A stretch of 64,000 nucleotides of DNA. Origin: the human T2T-CHM13v2.0 reference genome, Homo sapiens. Numbering within the stretch: the first letter of the stretch is position 1; the number at the start of each line of letters is the position of its first letter. The notes below the pieces were generated by a model. The model did not search any database, was not told the DNA's origin, and saw only the letters and a program-made list of their open reading frames with translations. Where the stretch lies: the NCBI RefSeq assembly GCF_009914755.1, contig NC_060927.1; one strand, written 5' to 3'. Positions 1-17,311 of the stretch are shown here, piece after piece. A program made the position numbers and the translations under genes.

Positions 1-200
1 GAGATGGAGTCATAAAACACAGGAAAAAGAACAAGTTAAACCAAAAAACAAGTCAAACGGCATAAGAAATATAATAGCTTGCCATTCATTATTATGTTCT
101 GCTGACTGTATCCCTTCTACTTTAAGAGCAAGGACTGTGTCTTACACAGCCAAATTGGAATGGAGATATATATATGTGTGTGTATATACACACACACACG

Positions 201-510
201 TTTTTGTTGTTTTGTTTTGTTTTGTTTTTGAGATGGAGTCTCACTCTTGTTGCCCAGGCTGGAGTGCAGTGGCACGAACTCGGCTCACTGCAACCTCAGC
301 CTTCCCAGGTTCAAGCGATTCTCCTGCCTCAGCCTCCCAAGTAGCTGGGATTACAAGCGCCCGCCACCACGCCCAGCTAATTTTTATTTATTTATTTTTT
401 TGTATTTTTAATAGAGATGGGGTTTCACCACATTGGCCAGGCTGGTCTCAAACTCCTGACCTCGGCCTCCCAAAGTGCTGGGATTACAGGCGTGAGACAC
501 CGCACCTGGC
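201..510 (-). mobile_element. Alu (S-like)
   Basis: Alu consensus, antisense. Confidence 0.9.
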
Positions 511-575
511 ACATACATACATACATACATACATACATACATACATACATACATACATAAATATATATATACACA
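511..575. repeat. (ACAT)n microsatellite
   Basis: Read directly. Confidence 0.95.
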
Positions 576-683
576 TATTTTTTTTTCTTTCTTTTTTTAA
601 GAGACAGGGTCTAAGTTCCCCAGGCTGGTCTTGCACTTCTGGATTCAAGTAAGCATACGCATTTTTTTAAATATCAAAATGAA

Positions 684-1245
684 GGCCAGGCCGGGTGGCT
701 CATGCCTGTAATCCCAGCACTTTGGGAGGCCCAGGTGGGTGGATCAAGAGGTCAAAAGATCGAGACCATCCTGGCCAACATGGTGAAACCCCGCCTCTAC
801 TAAAAATGATTAAGCTTAGTGAGAAAGGCATGTGGAAAGCTGAGACAGACACAAAGCTAGGCCTCTTGCACCAAACAGCCAAGCTATGAATGCAAGGAAA
901 AGTTCTTGAAGGAAATTAAAAGTGCTACTCCAGTGAACACACAAATGATAACAAAGCAAAACAGGCCAGGCACAGTGGCTCACACCTGCACTTTGGGAGG
1001 CTTGAGGCGGGCAGATCACCTGAGGTCAGGAGTTCGAGACCAGCCTGGCCAACATGGCGAAACCCCATCTCCACTAAAAATGCAAACATCAGCTGGGCAT
1101 GGTGGTGCGCGCCTGTAGTCGCAGCTACTCAGGAGGCTGAGGCAGGAAAATCACTTGAACCCGGGAGGCAGAAGTTGCCAGAGATTGCGCCACTGCACCC
1201 CAGCCTGGTGACAGAGCGAGACTCCATCTCAAAAAAAAAAAAAAA
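684..1245 (+). mobile_element. Alu left arm (684-806) and full Alu (964-1245) on either side of the Tigger1 fragment
   Basis: Alu consensus. Confidence 0.85.
804..963 (+). mobile_element. Tigger1 internal fragment
   Basis: AAATGATTAAGCTTAGTGAG...GAAGGAAATTAAAAGTGCTACTCCAGTGAACAC. Confidence 0.85.
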
Positions 1246-1934
1246 TCAAAACGAACAAAATCAAGAAAAGTTTATCTATTACCTGCCTAGAGAAAGACAA
1301 GAATTAAAAGTTTTAACTATAAAGTCAAAACACCATTCTTTAAAATGACTAAAACATAGAGACAAATGTTTACTTTGTTCACCACTGCATTCTTCAACTA
1401 GTAATTCCATTAATTACAATGAAGGTTTTCATTATGATAACAAGAAATGCAAACTTCTACAGTTTTTCCCTTGGTAAAGTTCTAATGCCACAGATTTTAC
1501 TAAACTTAATGAATCACAAAATACGTTGTTTGAGTGGAACTTACTTAGCTCCTGACTCAAACATACTATAGAGGAAAGAAATCGTAAGATAATCTAAAAT
1601 TGAACACTGGATATTTCAGGATATTACAGAATTACTGCTCATTTTTAAGGGTATAATAATGACATTGTGATAGTATTTTTAAAAATAAAAAAGGCTTTAT
1701 CTTTTAAATATATATGCCAGAGTATTAATTAATGAAACAATGAATTCTGAGATTAGCTTCAAAATAATTCAGATGTGATGGGATACAGAGGAAAGAAGAC
1801 TGGCCATCTGCTGATAATTACCGAAATTAGCTAACAAAGAGGCTCAATAAACTACTTCAACTTTTGAATATGCTTAAAATTTTCCATAATAAATAGGTAA
1901 AAAAAAAAAGTGTGAGTTGCTAATAAAAAACTAA

Positions 1935-2213
<279 letters not shown>

Positions 2214-2489
2214 TAAAAAGCAAGTAGAGGTGTCTATGTGACATGCAATGGCTTAGGTGGATTGTAAATTTATAGCAATGACATTGCACATATAGCATGT
2301 AGCTCGATTTTAAAAATTGTGGCCATGGCAGACACTGTCAGGCTCCTATTGAATTTCATTCTCCTCTGATTTCCTTACTTATATAACCCTATTTAAGTTT
2401 ATAAAACGTGTTCAACTAAAAAATTCATTTTACTAATTTCTCTTGTAGCTAGAAAATAGTATTGAGCAATAGCAATTCTTATCGAAAAA

Positions 2490-3390
2490 TTATAGAATTA
2501 AATGCTTATATTAGAAGAGAGAAAGGTATCAAATTAATGACCTAAGCTTCCCCACCTTAAAAAAAAAAAAAAAAGAGTATACATCCAGGAAAAGAAAATA
2601 AAATTAAGCTCAAAGAAAACACAAATTAATAAATGACCTAGAAAGCAAATACAATAGAGAAAAACAAAAAAAACCCACCAAAATCCCAAGAGCAGTTTTT
2701 TGTTTTGTTTTGTTTTTTGTTTCTTAAGAGACAGAGTCTTACTGTTGCCCAAAGACTGGAGTGCAGTGACTACTCACAGGTATGATCATAGCACACTACA
2801 TTCCTGAACTCCTGGGCTCAAGCAATATTCCTGCCAAGCAGATGGGACTATAGGCACATGCCACACCCCAGCTGGTTCCGTAAGATCAATAAAACTACTA
2901 AGCCTCTGGCCAGACAGTCGGGGGAAAAAAGGGAAGCCACAAATTCCCAAAAACAGAATTAAGAGAGGGGACAACTACAATCTCTACATTCATTCATGGC
3001 ATCACGAGGGACTATAATGAACTCTGACAATATAGTAAAATGAACAAATCCCTAGAAAGATACAACTTGCTAAAGCTTATCCAAGAAGAAACAGATACCA
3101 AGTAGTCACGTATCTACCGATAAGATTGAATTTGTAGTTTAAAATTTTCCACCAAAAAAAAACTCTAGGCCCATGTAGCTTCACTGGTAAATGTCATCAA
3201 ACATTAAGGAAGAAATAACAACAATTCTACAGACACTACTGCAGAAAACAGAAGAGGAAGAAATACTTCTCAATTCATTGTGAGGTCAGCATTAACATGT
3301 TACCAAAAGCAGAAAACGACATTATAAAGCATTACATGGAAGAAAGGAAACAACAACAACAAAATGCTCTCAAAAAAACTATAAATCAAG
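2490..3390 (+). mobile_element. Old L1M ORF2 fragment containing an inserted Alu monomer (about 2696-2874, -)
   Basis: CCAAGAAGAAACAGAT...CTCTAGGCCCATGTAGCTTCACTGGTAAAT, a degenerate SPGPDGF region. Confidence 0.7.
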
Positions 3391-3537
3391 CAGGAGAACT
3401 GCTTGAGGCCAGGAGTTCGAGACCATCCTGGCCAACAAGATTTCTATACTATCCCTTAGGGCTTTTCCTTAAATAGGCACTTTATTATAGGTGATAACTG
3501 AAGGAAGTGTTCCTCACATCTTCTAAAACTATTTTTA

Positions 3538-4607
<1,070 letters not shown>

Positions 4608-5335
4608 TTATTTGCAACCAATCTTGATACCAATTATCAAACATGTCTACCTAGTAATAGTATATTCTAGAAATTAAGTATAGAAGTAAATTCTAGGAGG
4701 GCCAGAGAGCCAGGCCCTAAAGCTATATTAACCAATAAAAATGCTCAACTATACCATGACAGTTGTTTCAGCAAAAACAAAAAACACCACTTCCAGCCGG
4801 CTGTGGTGGCATGTACCTGTAGTCCTAGCTATTCGGGCAGTTGAGGTGAGAAGGCTGCTTCAGCCCAGGAGTTCTAGGACAGTCTGGGCAAAACAGCAAG
4901 ATCCCACTCCAAAACAAAAAACAAAACACACAAAAAAACCAACCACTTTCACTGCTATTTAGACCTGGATATCAGAAGCCCTCCCAGAGCTGCCCCTCAG
5001 GAAGTAGACACCTTTACCACTAGGCTTGCCAGGTCAGTCCTCCTGCCCAACCTATTCACATTGCTTCCTTCTAAATCCAGATCCTGGGGCATCTGCCTGC
5101 ACTCTAGCTGCAAGACAGACTGGCAGGAGTATGAGTATCATGATTTCACCAAGAAGATGGAACTCTCATGTGGGAAATTATCAAAATATAAGGAGGATAT
5201 CTAAGATGCTATAGCCACAGTGATAGTTGTCCACTAGTTAGATTATCTTTACCATCTTAACATCGAACATTTTATATAAGATGCTTATGACCAATTACAT
5301 TTATTTTCCCATCACCACCTCCTAATTATACTTAC

Positions 5336-5463
5336 TGAACGGGCACATTTTTTGGGGGGACTGCTAGAAAGTCCATCCAGTTGTCCATGTTCACCCAGAA
5401 ATCCCGTCACTTGGTCCAAGAAAGAAGATACATCTAACTGGTGCCATTCTACTAGCTTCTGAC
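5336..5463 (-). CDS. UBXN7: UBXN7 coding exon 8 (128 nt; GQKLVEWHQLDVSSFLDQVTGFLGEHGQLDGLSSSPPKKCARS)
   Basis: Acceptor TCCTTAG|GTCAG, donor TCA|GTAAGT. Phase 1 to 0. Confidence 0.96.
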
Positions 5464-5468
5464 CTAAG

Positions 5469-5840
5469 GATTAAAAACCAAGATCTATAAATAAATATAA
5501 TATCTAGAATCCTTCTGAACATTCTCCAGGATCTATAAATATAATACCTAGAATCCTTCTGAACACTCTCATTAAGTATCTCTTTCAGCATATGCATAGA
5601 TTAAAAACCTGGATCTATAAAGGTAATATCTAGAATCTTTCTGAACATTCTTATTAAGTATCTCTTTCAGCATATGCATAGATTAAAAACCAGGATCTAT
5701 AAAGGTAATATCTAGAATCTTTCTGAACATTCTCATTATCTCTTTCAGCATATGCATACATTAAAAACCAGGATCTGTAAATATAATATCTAGGATCTTT
5801 CTGAACATTCTCATTAAGTATCTCTTTCAGCACATGCATA
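5469..5840. repeat. About 82-bp minisatellite (about 4.5 copies) abutting the exon 8 acceptor
   Basis: Unit GATTAAAAACCAGGATCTATAAA...CTAGAATCTTTCTGAACATTCTCATTAAGTATCTCTTTCAGCATATGCATA. Full units start at 5599, 5681 and 5759; partial units start at 5469 and 5527. Confidence 0.9.
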
Positions 5841-6088
5841 AAGTGTACTGTAAAGACATATCCTCTCCACCAGCTTATGCTACATAGTGTCTTCATAACC
5901 TAGAAGTCACATCAATTATACTCACCTAACAGATTCCCACCCGTAATGATAGGGCAACTATCTTATCTGCTGCTATCACTTACTGCCATTTAGGAAGAAG
6001 AGATTCAGACAAAGCAATATCTATATAAAACACCATCAATTAATAAAACCAGCTCCACCCTCTGCTTCTCAGGTGGGATTACAACTAG

Positions 6089-6430
<342 letters not shown>

Positions 6431-6728
6431 TGGTAAAAAAACTTTTAAAAAATCCCTTAAAAAAGGTAAGATGAACATATCAGTTATTCTTCAAAAGAAC
6501 AGAACTGCACAAACATAAAATACTACCATCTCCCAATGTTGCCAGAAAAAGATGTCCTAAATACATACATCAATAGATGTTTAAATAATTATAAAGGGAA
6601 AAAAACGAAACCTTCACCTAAATTACTGCAATTCTGAAAACAGATCCAGTCAAATATTAAAGATCAATCATTTAGGTAACTGAAAGACAAGTAATAGGTT
6701 AAAAGCTACGTGCTGATATAAATCTTAC

Positions 6729-6819
6729 CTGTCCGTGGGTCCAATATGGAAACATAGGGGAAATCCCCTAACTTATAAAACTGTATGTATCTCTGACCTT
6801 CCTCACTGTCATGATAAAC
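6729..6819 (-). CDS. UBXN7: UBXN7 coding exon 7 (91 nt; VYHDSEEGQRYIQFYKLGDFPYVSILDPRT)
   Basis: Acceptor TTTAACAG|GTT, donor ACAG|GTAAGA. Phase 0 to 1. Confidence 0.96.
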
Positions 6820-7158
6820 CTGTTAAATCATTGATATAAAAAAAAAAGTCAGCCTCTAAGAAAAGAACCAACTATAACCTTCTTATACACCAACATCAAT
6901 TAGCTCTCCAAATATACCTCCGGCCTATGTATTAAGATCTCACTCCTACACTAAAAAGAAAATAAATCTGGTTTGAACTCCTTCAACTTCCCACTTCCAG
7001 CACTCTCTGGAAATTTACCATAAACATATTGACCCATTCCTCCTCCTTTCCCAGTTCAGATGAGGTATTATTCTTCCTGCTCAAGTTATCTGTCAACTAT
7101 GTCATTCATAACTCTCAACCATATACATCTTAATAAATCACAATATATTAAGATTATG

Positions 7159-8332
<1,174 letters not shown>

Positions 8333-8485
8333 CAGTGGGGGAAAAATGATACAAGGTCTGTAACCTTATCTCATTAGCTGGGAAGACTAAAGTGACATGT
8401 CTAAGAACACAGAGTTAAAAAGTATCAAACTCAAGCTAAAATCTAAGTCTTAGCCAAATGCTTCCAATTACCTCAAGATCTTCTA

Positions 8486-9124
<639 letters not shown>

Positions 9125-9203
9125 TAACCCAATTCCTTTCCCTCAACAACCCACACTACAAAAGTAAAATTCTACAAAACTTCTGATTAACTCTCCTTCT
9201 CAC

Positions 9204-9350
9204 CTGCCAGAAAATGAAATGTTCCCGGATAATATTCTTCACAGCTTCGTTGCTCCACACATCGCGGTTGAGGCACTGACATGCAAAGTCTTGAACATTT
9301 TGAATGTTTATCATCAGCCACTTATTTTGCATCTGGCCACACTCTTTGGC
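9204..9350 (-). CDS. UBXN7: UBXN7 coding exon 6 (147 nt; UAS domain; AKECGQMQNKWLMINIQNVQDFACQCLNRDVWSNEAVKNIIREHFIFWQ)
   Basis: Lies inside ORF 9156..9356(-). Acceptor CTTGCAG|GCC, donor CAG|GTGAGA. Phase 0 to 0. Confidence 0.97.
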
Positions 9351-9566
9351 CTGCAAGAGTAAAGTTACACATTTGTTAGAAATAATTTCTACTTAGTGAC
9401 AGATGTTTCCGTAGTTGTTCAGAGGTTGTTGTCTTTCATTAAAAATACTAAGTTTTTGCCAGATACGACATCTAGAGTTTTCAGCATTTATACATTCTAT
9501 ATATTTACTTCGCATATGCATTTATAGCTATACTGTCCATTTCAAGCACTGCTCAAATTTAAATGA

Positions 9567-10437
<871 letters not shown>

Positions 10438-11863
10438 TAAACATCATATTAATCTCAGTTATTAGGCATATATGCTGTTTTGGAGAATCACCCTAAACAT
10501 TTTAGTAAAAACTGCTGAGAGTTTTTTCTCTTAAGAGTTGTCTTCCTAGGAGTAGATTCCAAAAATTGGGATTACAAGGTCAAAGAATGTTTGAGAATGA
10601 TCCCCAAACAACTCTACGATTCGTACAACAGATATCGATACATCAATCGTTAGTGCGTACTTTTTGCCTGTCAGTCCCTTGTCAGCATAAAGACCCATGA
10701 AATGCTGCTGAGTGGAAAACAATGGCAGAAAAGCAAATAAGCAAATGCTGCCTCAAATCTTTGCCTAGGAAAGAACAGTGACACGAAACCACAGTTTTGG
10801 AATAAATTTATCCTAGAACAGTATTCTTTTCCAAATCAGTGTGACATGGGAAAATCTTAAGAATCAATGAATTTGGTGTAATAACAATCCAAGAACATAC
10901 TGGACATCATTTTGTGGGTACTGAAAAATGTGAGACTGAGAATATCTTCTGTTTTAAGAAGGTCTACATCATCTCACAAATAGCTTTTTTTTTGTATGAA
11001 TCCCCCAGAATAAATTATTTTCTTTTTTTGTTGTTTATATTTTTTGTAGAGACAGGGGTTTCACTATGTTAGCCAGGCTGGTTTGGAACACCTAGCCTCA
11101 AATGATCCTCCTGCCCTGGCCTCCAAAAGTCTTGGGATTACAGGTGTCAGTCACCCCACTCAGCCCCAGAATAAATTATCTTCTAATATTTGCTTACTGA
11201 TTCCATGGGTGAAAACCCAAGGTCTAAAAAGAAATATCCTCATATTGAGCCAGGAAGCCGCATTTAACTGGTCAAAGGCTTATTTTAAAATATACAAATA
11301 TAATAATTCCTTGCTTATAGGAAGTAATATTTCCATTTACTTCCTTATAGGACAAAGATTTAAAAAGTGAATGATAAATGAATAATTAAGCTGCTTTAAC
11401 TACAGAAACAGTATTTGAAAATAAACGGAAAAATGACCATACGTTCTAGAGATAGACTAGAGCGCACATATTCCTACAGCAGGGTAAATTTACATAAGTC
11501 TGCCCCAAAAACAATGACAAGAAAAAAATGTACAAAACTGAAAATGAATAAAAGTCCAGAGTTTAAAATGGAAGAGTCACTTTTTTTTTTCGCTTTTAAA
11601 AATTTGTTTACTCACATTCATGCTTTCATTATCTCAGATTTATTCATTCAACAAATACTGAGTACCTATCATGTTTCAGGTACAGTTATAGATATTAAAG
11701 TAATAGCAGTTCTAAAATATAAAAATCTTTGCCTTTGTGAAGCTTCCAATGGGGGAGAAACCTAATACTAGCAAAAGAAACTTGGAAATGATACTAACCA
11801 CATTGAAGATATTGTTAAAAAATTGTTACTGCTAAAAGGAAGGGTGCAAAGACACAATTTTCA

Positions 11864-12418
<555 letters not shown>

Positions 12419-12510
12419 CTAGAGATCTCATGTACAACATGAGGACTATACTTAATAATATCGTATTATACATTGAAAATGTGCTGAGAGCAGATTATTA
12501 GGTGCTCTTA

Positions 12511-12511
<1 letters not shown>

Positions 12512-12554
<43 letters not shown>
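12512..12554. repeat. (CA)n microsatellite
   Basis: Read directly. Confidence 0.95.
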
Positions 12555-12556
<2 letters not shown>

Positions 12557-13074
12557 AAAAAGACAATTATGGAAGGTAAGGACAGGTTAATTTGCTTGAC
12601 TGTAGTAATCATTTTACTATGTATATCCAATCTTCATGTTATACATCTTAAATATGTACAGTAGTCTGGAGCAGTGGCTCACACCTATAATCCCACTGCC
12701 TTGGGAGGCCAAGACAGGAGGATTGCTTAAGGCAAGGAGTTCGAGACCACCCTGGGCAACACAGCAAGACCCCATCTCTAAAAAGATTTAAAATAATTGA
12801 ATATATGCAATTTAAAAAGAGAGAGTCTTAAAAATAATCTAAGTATACCAATTATGTGAATCAAGGACTGGAGGTGAGAGTGGGCCATGAGAAAAATAAT
12901 CTCCTCATGGAAGATTATCATTGAAGAAGATTACTGGAATCCTTGGAATCTATTAGGTTGTTCTGAATCAACATTTCAAAGCCATTATAATGGAGACCCC
13001 AGAGTAAAACAGCGGGAGACTAACGTCTGTCCCAGTACCAGCCAGATCAGGAAGGCATGATAAAAAAGGATTTA

Positions 13075-14390
<1,316 letters not shown>

Positions 14391-14998
14391 GGAAGAAATA
14401 TTACCGAAATTGTTCTGATTCTTTCTGTACAATATTCCTTCTGGCATAATCATGATTTCATGAAGGCTAATTAAACTGCTTTAGACCCCGTGGACACACA
14501 ACAGTCAAGAAAATGAAGTCCCTGTGTTCATACAGCTTACAGCATGGTGGGGAAAGAGGAAAACGTAGGAAACATTCCCTTGCCCAGGTCAGACCATTTG
14601 GCCTCAGTGCTCTGCTCACTCAGCTGGTCTTCTTGACGGTACCAGCTCTTTCCAACATCAGTATGCTCACACTGTATTTTCCCTCAGACCTCCCCATCGT
14701 TCGCATTCCCTCGCTTCACTAAGGTTTCTATTCATATCTCATCCTTTCAGAAATCTTCCCTAATCTTCCTAATACAGTCCTTTCTCTTCACAATTATAAA
14801 CATATGTGGAACCTACGAAATCAATCTGGCTTTCAATTTGGCTGTAAGAAGAAACTGAATTTGGCAACACGGACACATCTACTTGCAAAGGACACTAGAA
14901 ATTTCCAGATGCTTAACTCAATTCAGACCACACACATCAAATGGCCCTGAACAAAATACAGCCCCCCTCTCTCCTTCCCTTATTGTATTTTATTCTCC

Positions 14999-15301
14999 TT
15001 TTTTTTTCTTTTGAGACAGGGTCTCACTGTGTTGCTCAGGGTGGAGGGCAATGGCACCACCACAGCTCACTGCAGCCTCAACCTCCTGGGCTCAAGCGAT
15101 CCTCCTACCCCAGCCTCCTGAGTAGCTGCTGGGGACCACAGGTGTGCACCACCACGTCCAGCTAATTTTTTCGACTTTTTGTAGAGACAGGGTTCCACCA
15201 TATTGCCCAGGCTGGTCTCGAACTCCTGGGCTCAAGTGATCTACTCCCTTCAGCCTCCCACCAAAGTGCTGGGATTACAGGCATGAGCCACTGCATCCAG
15301 C
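14999..15301 (-). mobile_element. Alu (J-like)
   Basis: Alu consensus. Confidence 0.88.
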
Positions 15302-15779
15302 TACATTTTATTCTTTCTCCAAGCAACTACTATAACTTGAAATGAATGTCACACTCTCTCTCTCCATCAAAGACAAACATATGTATTATATTCACTGTTA
15401 TTATATATATGTGTTTGTGTGTGTTTGTTTTACGTTATTTGTTTATAGTCTGTTTCTCCTACTAGATTATAAACGCTACAATGGCAAGGATTTTATATAA
15501 TTTACCACTATCTCCCTGTGGCAGAAACTGCTTATAGGTACCAAATAACCCATTCTCCCCTTGTCCCTCTTACTTATAGAACCTCCAGTTTTTAACTAAG
15601 CATCTGGATTTCCTAGTGTCCCTTGCAAATGGGTGTAGCCATGCTGCCAAGTTATAGTAGATGGAATGTAGACAGAAGTGCTGGGTACAACTTCTAGGTT
15701 GTTCCCTTCAAGGGAAATTTGTACCCTTATCAGCTCCTCCCTCTTCCATGCTGTTTATTTTTTTTTAAGTGAAAGCAAG

Positions 15780-15785
15780 TTTATT
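15780..15785 (-). terminator. MER41 R-region AATAAA, sense to UBXN7 intron 5
   Basis: tttatt on the + strand, followed on the - strand by 13 nt and then A9. Confidence 0.5.
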
Positions 15786-15908
15786 AAGAAAGTAAAGGAA
15801 TAAAGTATGGCTATTCCATAGGCAGAGCAGCCCAAGGGCTGCTGGTTGCCAATTTTTATGTTTATTTCTTGCTTATATGCTAATCAAGGAGTGGATTACT
15901 TATGAGTT

Positions 15909-15938
15909 TTCCAGGAAAAGGTTGGGCAGTTCCGAGAA
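15909..15938. promoter_or_regulatory. Tandem GAS (STAT) motifs in MER41 U3
   Basis: TTCCAGGAA (15909-15917) and TTCCGAGAA (15930-15938) both fit TTCNNNGAA, at the position of the MER41B tandem GAS sites. Confidence 0.65.
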
Positions 15939-16060
15939 CTGAGGGCTCCTCCTCCTTTTTAGACGATACAGGGCAACTTCCTGATGTTGCCATGGCATTT
16001 GTAAACTGCCACTGCACTGGTGGGAGTGGAGCAGTGAGGATGACCAGGTCACCCTCATCA

Positions 16061-16635
16061 CCATGTTGGTTTTGGGGGATTTTAGCCAGCTTCTTTCCAT
16101 GTTGGTTTTGGGGGGTTTTAGCCAGCTTCTTTCCATGTTGGTTTTGGTGGATTTTAGCCAGCTTCTTTCCATGTTGGTTTTGGGGGATTTTAGCCAGCTT
16201 CTTTCCATGTTGGTTTTGGGGGGTTTTAGCCAGCTTCTTTCCATGTTGGTTTTGGGGGGTTTTAGCCAGCTTCTTTCCATGTTGGTTTTGGGGGGTTTTA
16301 GCCAGCTTCTTTCCATGTTGGTTTTGGGGGATTTTAGCCAGCTTCTTTCCATGTTGGTTTTGGGGGATTTTAGCCAGCTTCTTTCCATGTTGGTTTTGGG
16401 GGGTTTTAGCCAGCTTCTTTCCATGTTGGTTTTGGGGGATTTTAGCCACAGCTTCTTTCCATGTTGGTTTTGGGGGGTTTTAGCCAGCTTCTTTCCATGT
16501 TGGTTTTGGGGGGTTTTAGCCAGCTTCTTTCCATGTTGGTTTTGGGGGGTTTTAGCCAGCTTCTTTCCATGTTGGTTTTGGGGGATCTTAGCCAGCTTCT
16601 TTCCATGTTGGTTTTGGGGGATTTTAGCTTCTTTA
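16061..16635. repeat. 36-bp VNTR, about 16 copies, inside MER41 U3
   Basis: Unit CCATGTTGGTTTTGGGGG(A/G)TTTTAGCCAGCTTCTTT. One copy has a 2-nt insertion near 16448 and the last copy is shortened. Confidence 0.95.
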
Positions 16636-17311
16636 CTGCAACATGTTTCATCAGCAAGGCCTTCATGACCAGTTTCTTGTGCTGACCTCCTATCTCATCC
16701 CATGACTTAGAATGTCTAACCTTCTGGGAATGCAGCCCACTAGGTCTCAGCCTTATTTTACCGAGCCCCTATTCAAAATGGAGTTGCTCTGTTTTAAATG
16801 CTTCTGACATTTCCTCCCTCCCTTTTACAAGAGAACCCTTAATCCTAAGGGTTGTAGAGGGAAAAAGATTCAACTTCCGTAACTTCTTCATGCTTAATAG
16901 GGACGATGGTATTCCTGTCTATTAGATCTCTTGCATTCAGAGTAGAGAGGACCTCAGTCTGAAAGCATCTGTATGGCGAGCGCCATTCCTAACTCTTGAG
17001 TCCCAACAGAAGGTGGTATCCTTCAGCCAACTGGTGCTCACAGATGATTTTCCTTTGGGTTGGGGGTATCTTCGGTATCATCCCTTCTGTGATTCGCCAG
17101 AAAGATGTTACTGGGCCCCACCACTTAACCAAAGTTAGCCTTTGGGTTGGGGGTTTCCTCAGTATTGTCCCTTCTGTGGTCGCCAGAATGATGTTACCGG
17201 AAAGGGGTCCGGATCCAGATCCCAAGAGAGGGTTCTTGGATCTAGTGCAGGAAAGAATTCAGGGCGAGCCTATAGAGTAAAGTGAAAGCAGGTTTATCAA
17301 GAATGTGAAGG

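Noticed and set aside
1-60. Pyrimidine-rich minus-strand stretch at the window edge that may precede UBXN7 exon 9
   Set aside because: The acceptor AG and the exon are not inside the window, so it cannot be confirmed.
16061-16635. Regular 36-bp periodicity resembling a CRISPR array
   Set aside because: There are no unique spacers and no cas genes, and the context is primate. It is a head-to-tail VNTR.
15880-16685. Long repetitive ORFs on both strands (up to 201 aa; KKLAKIPQNQHG and FFPCWFWGILAS repeats)
   Set aside because: They arise from a 36-bp unit that is a multiple of 3 and stop-free in several frames. There is no sign of a real protein.
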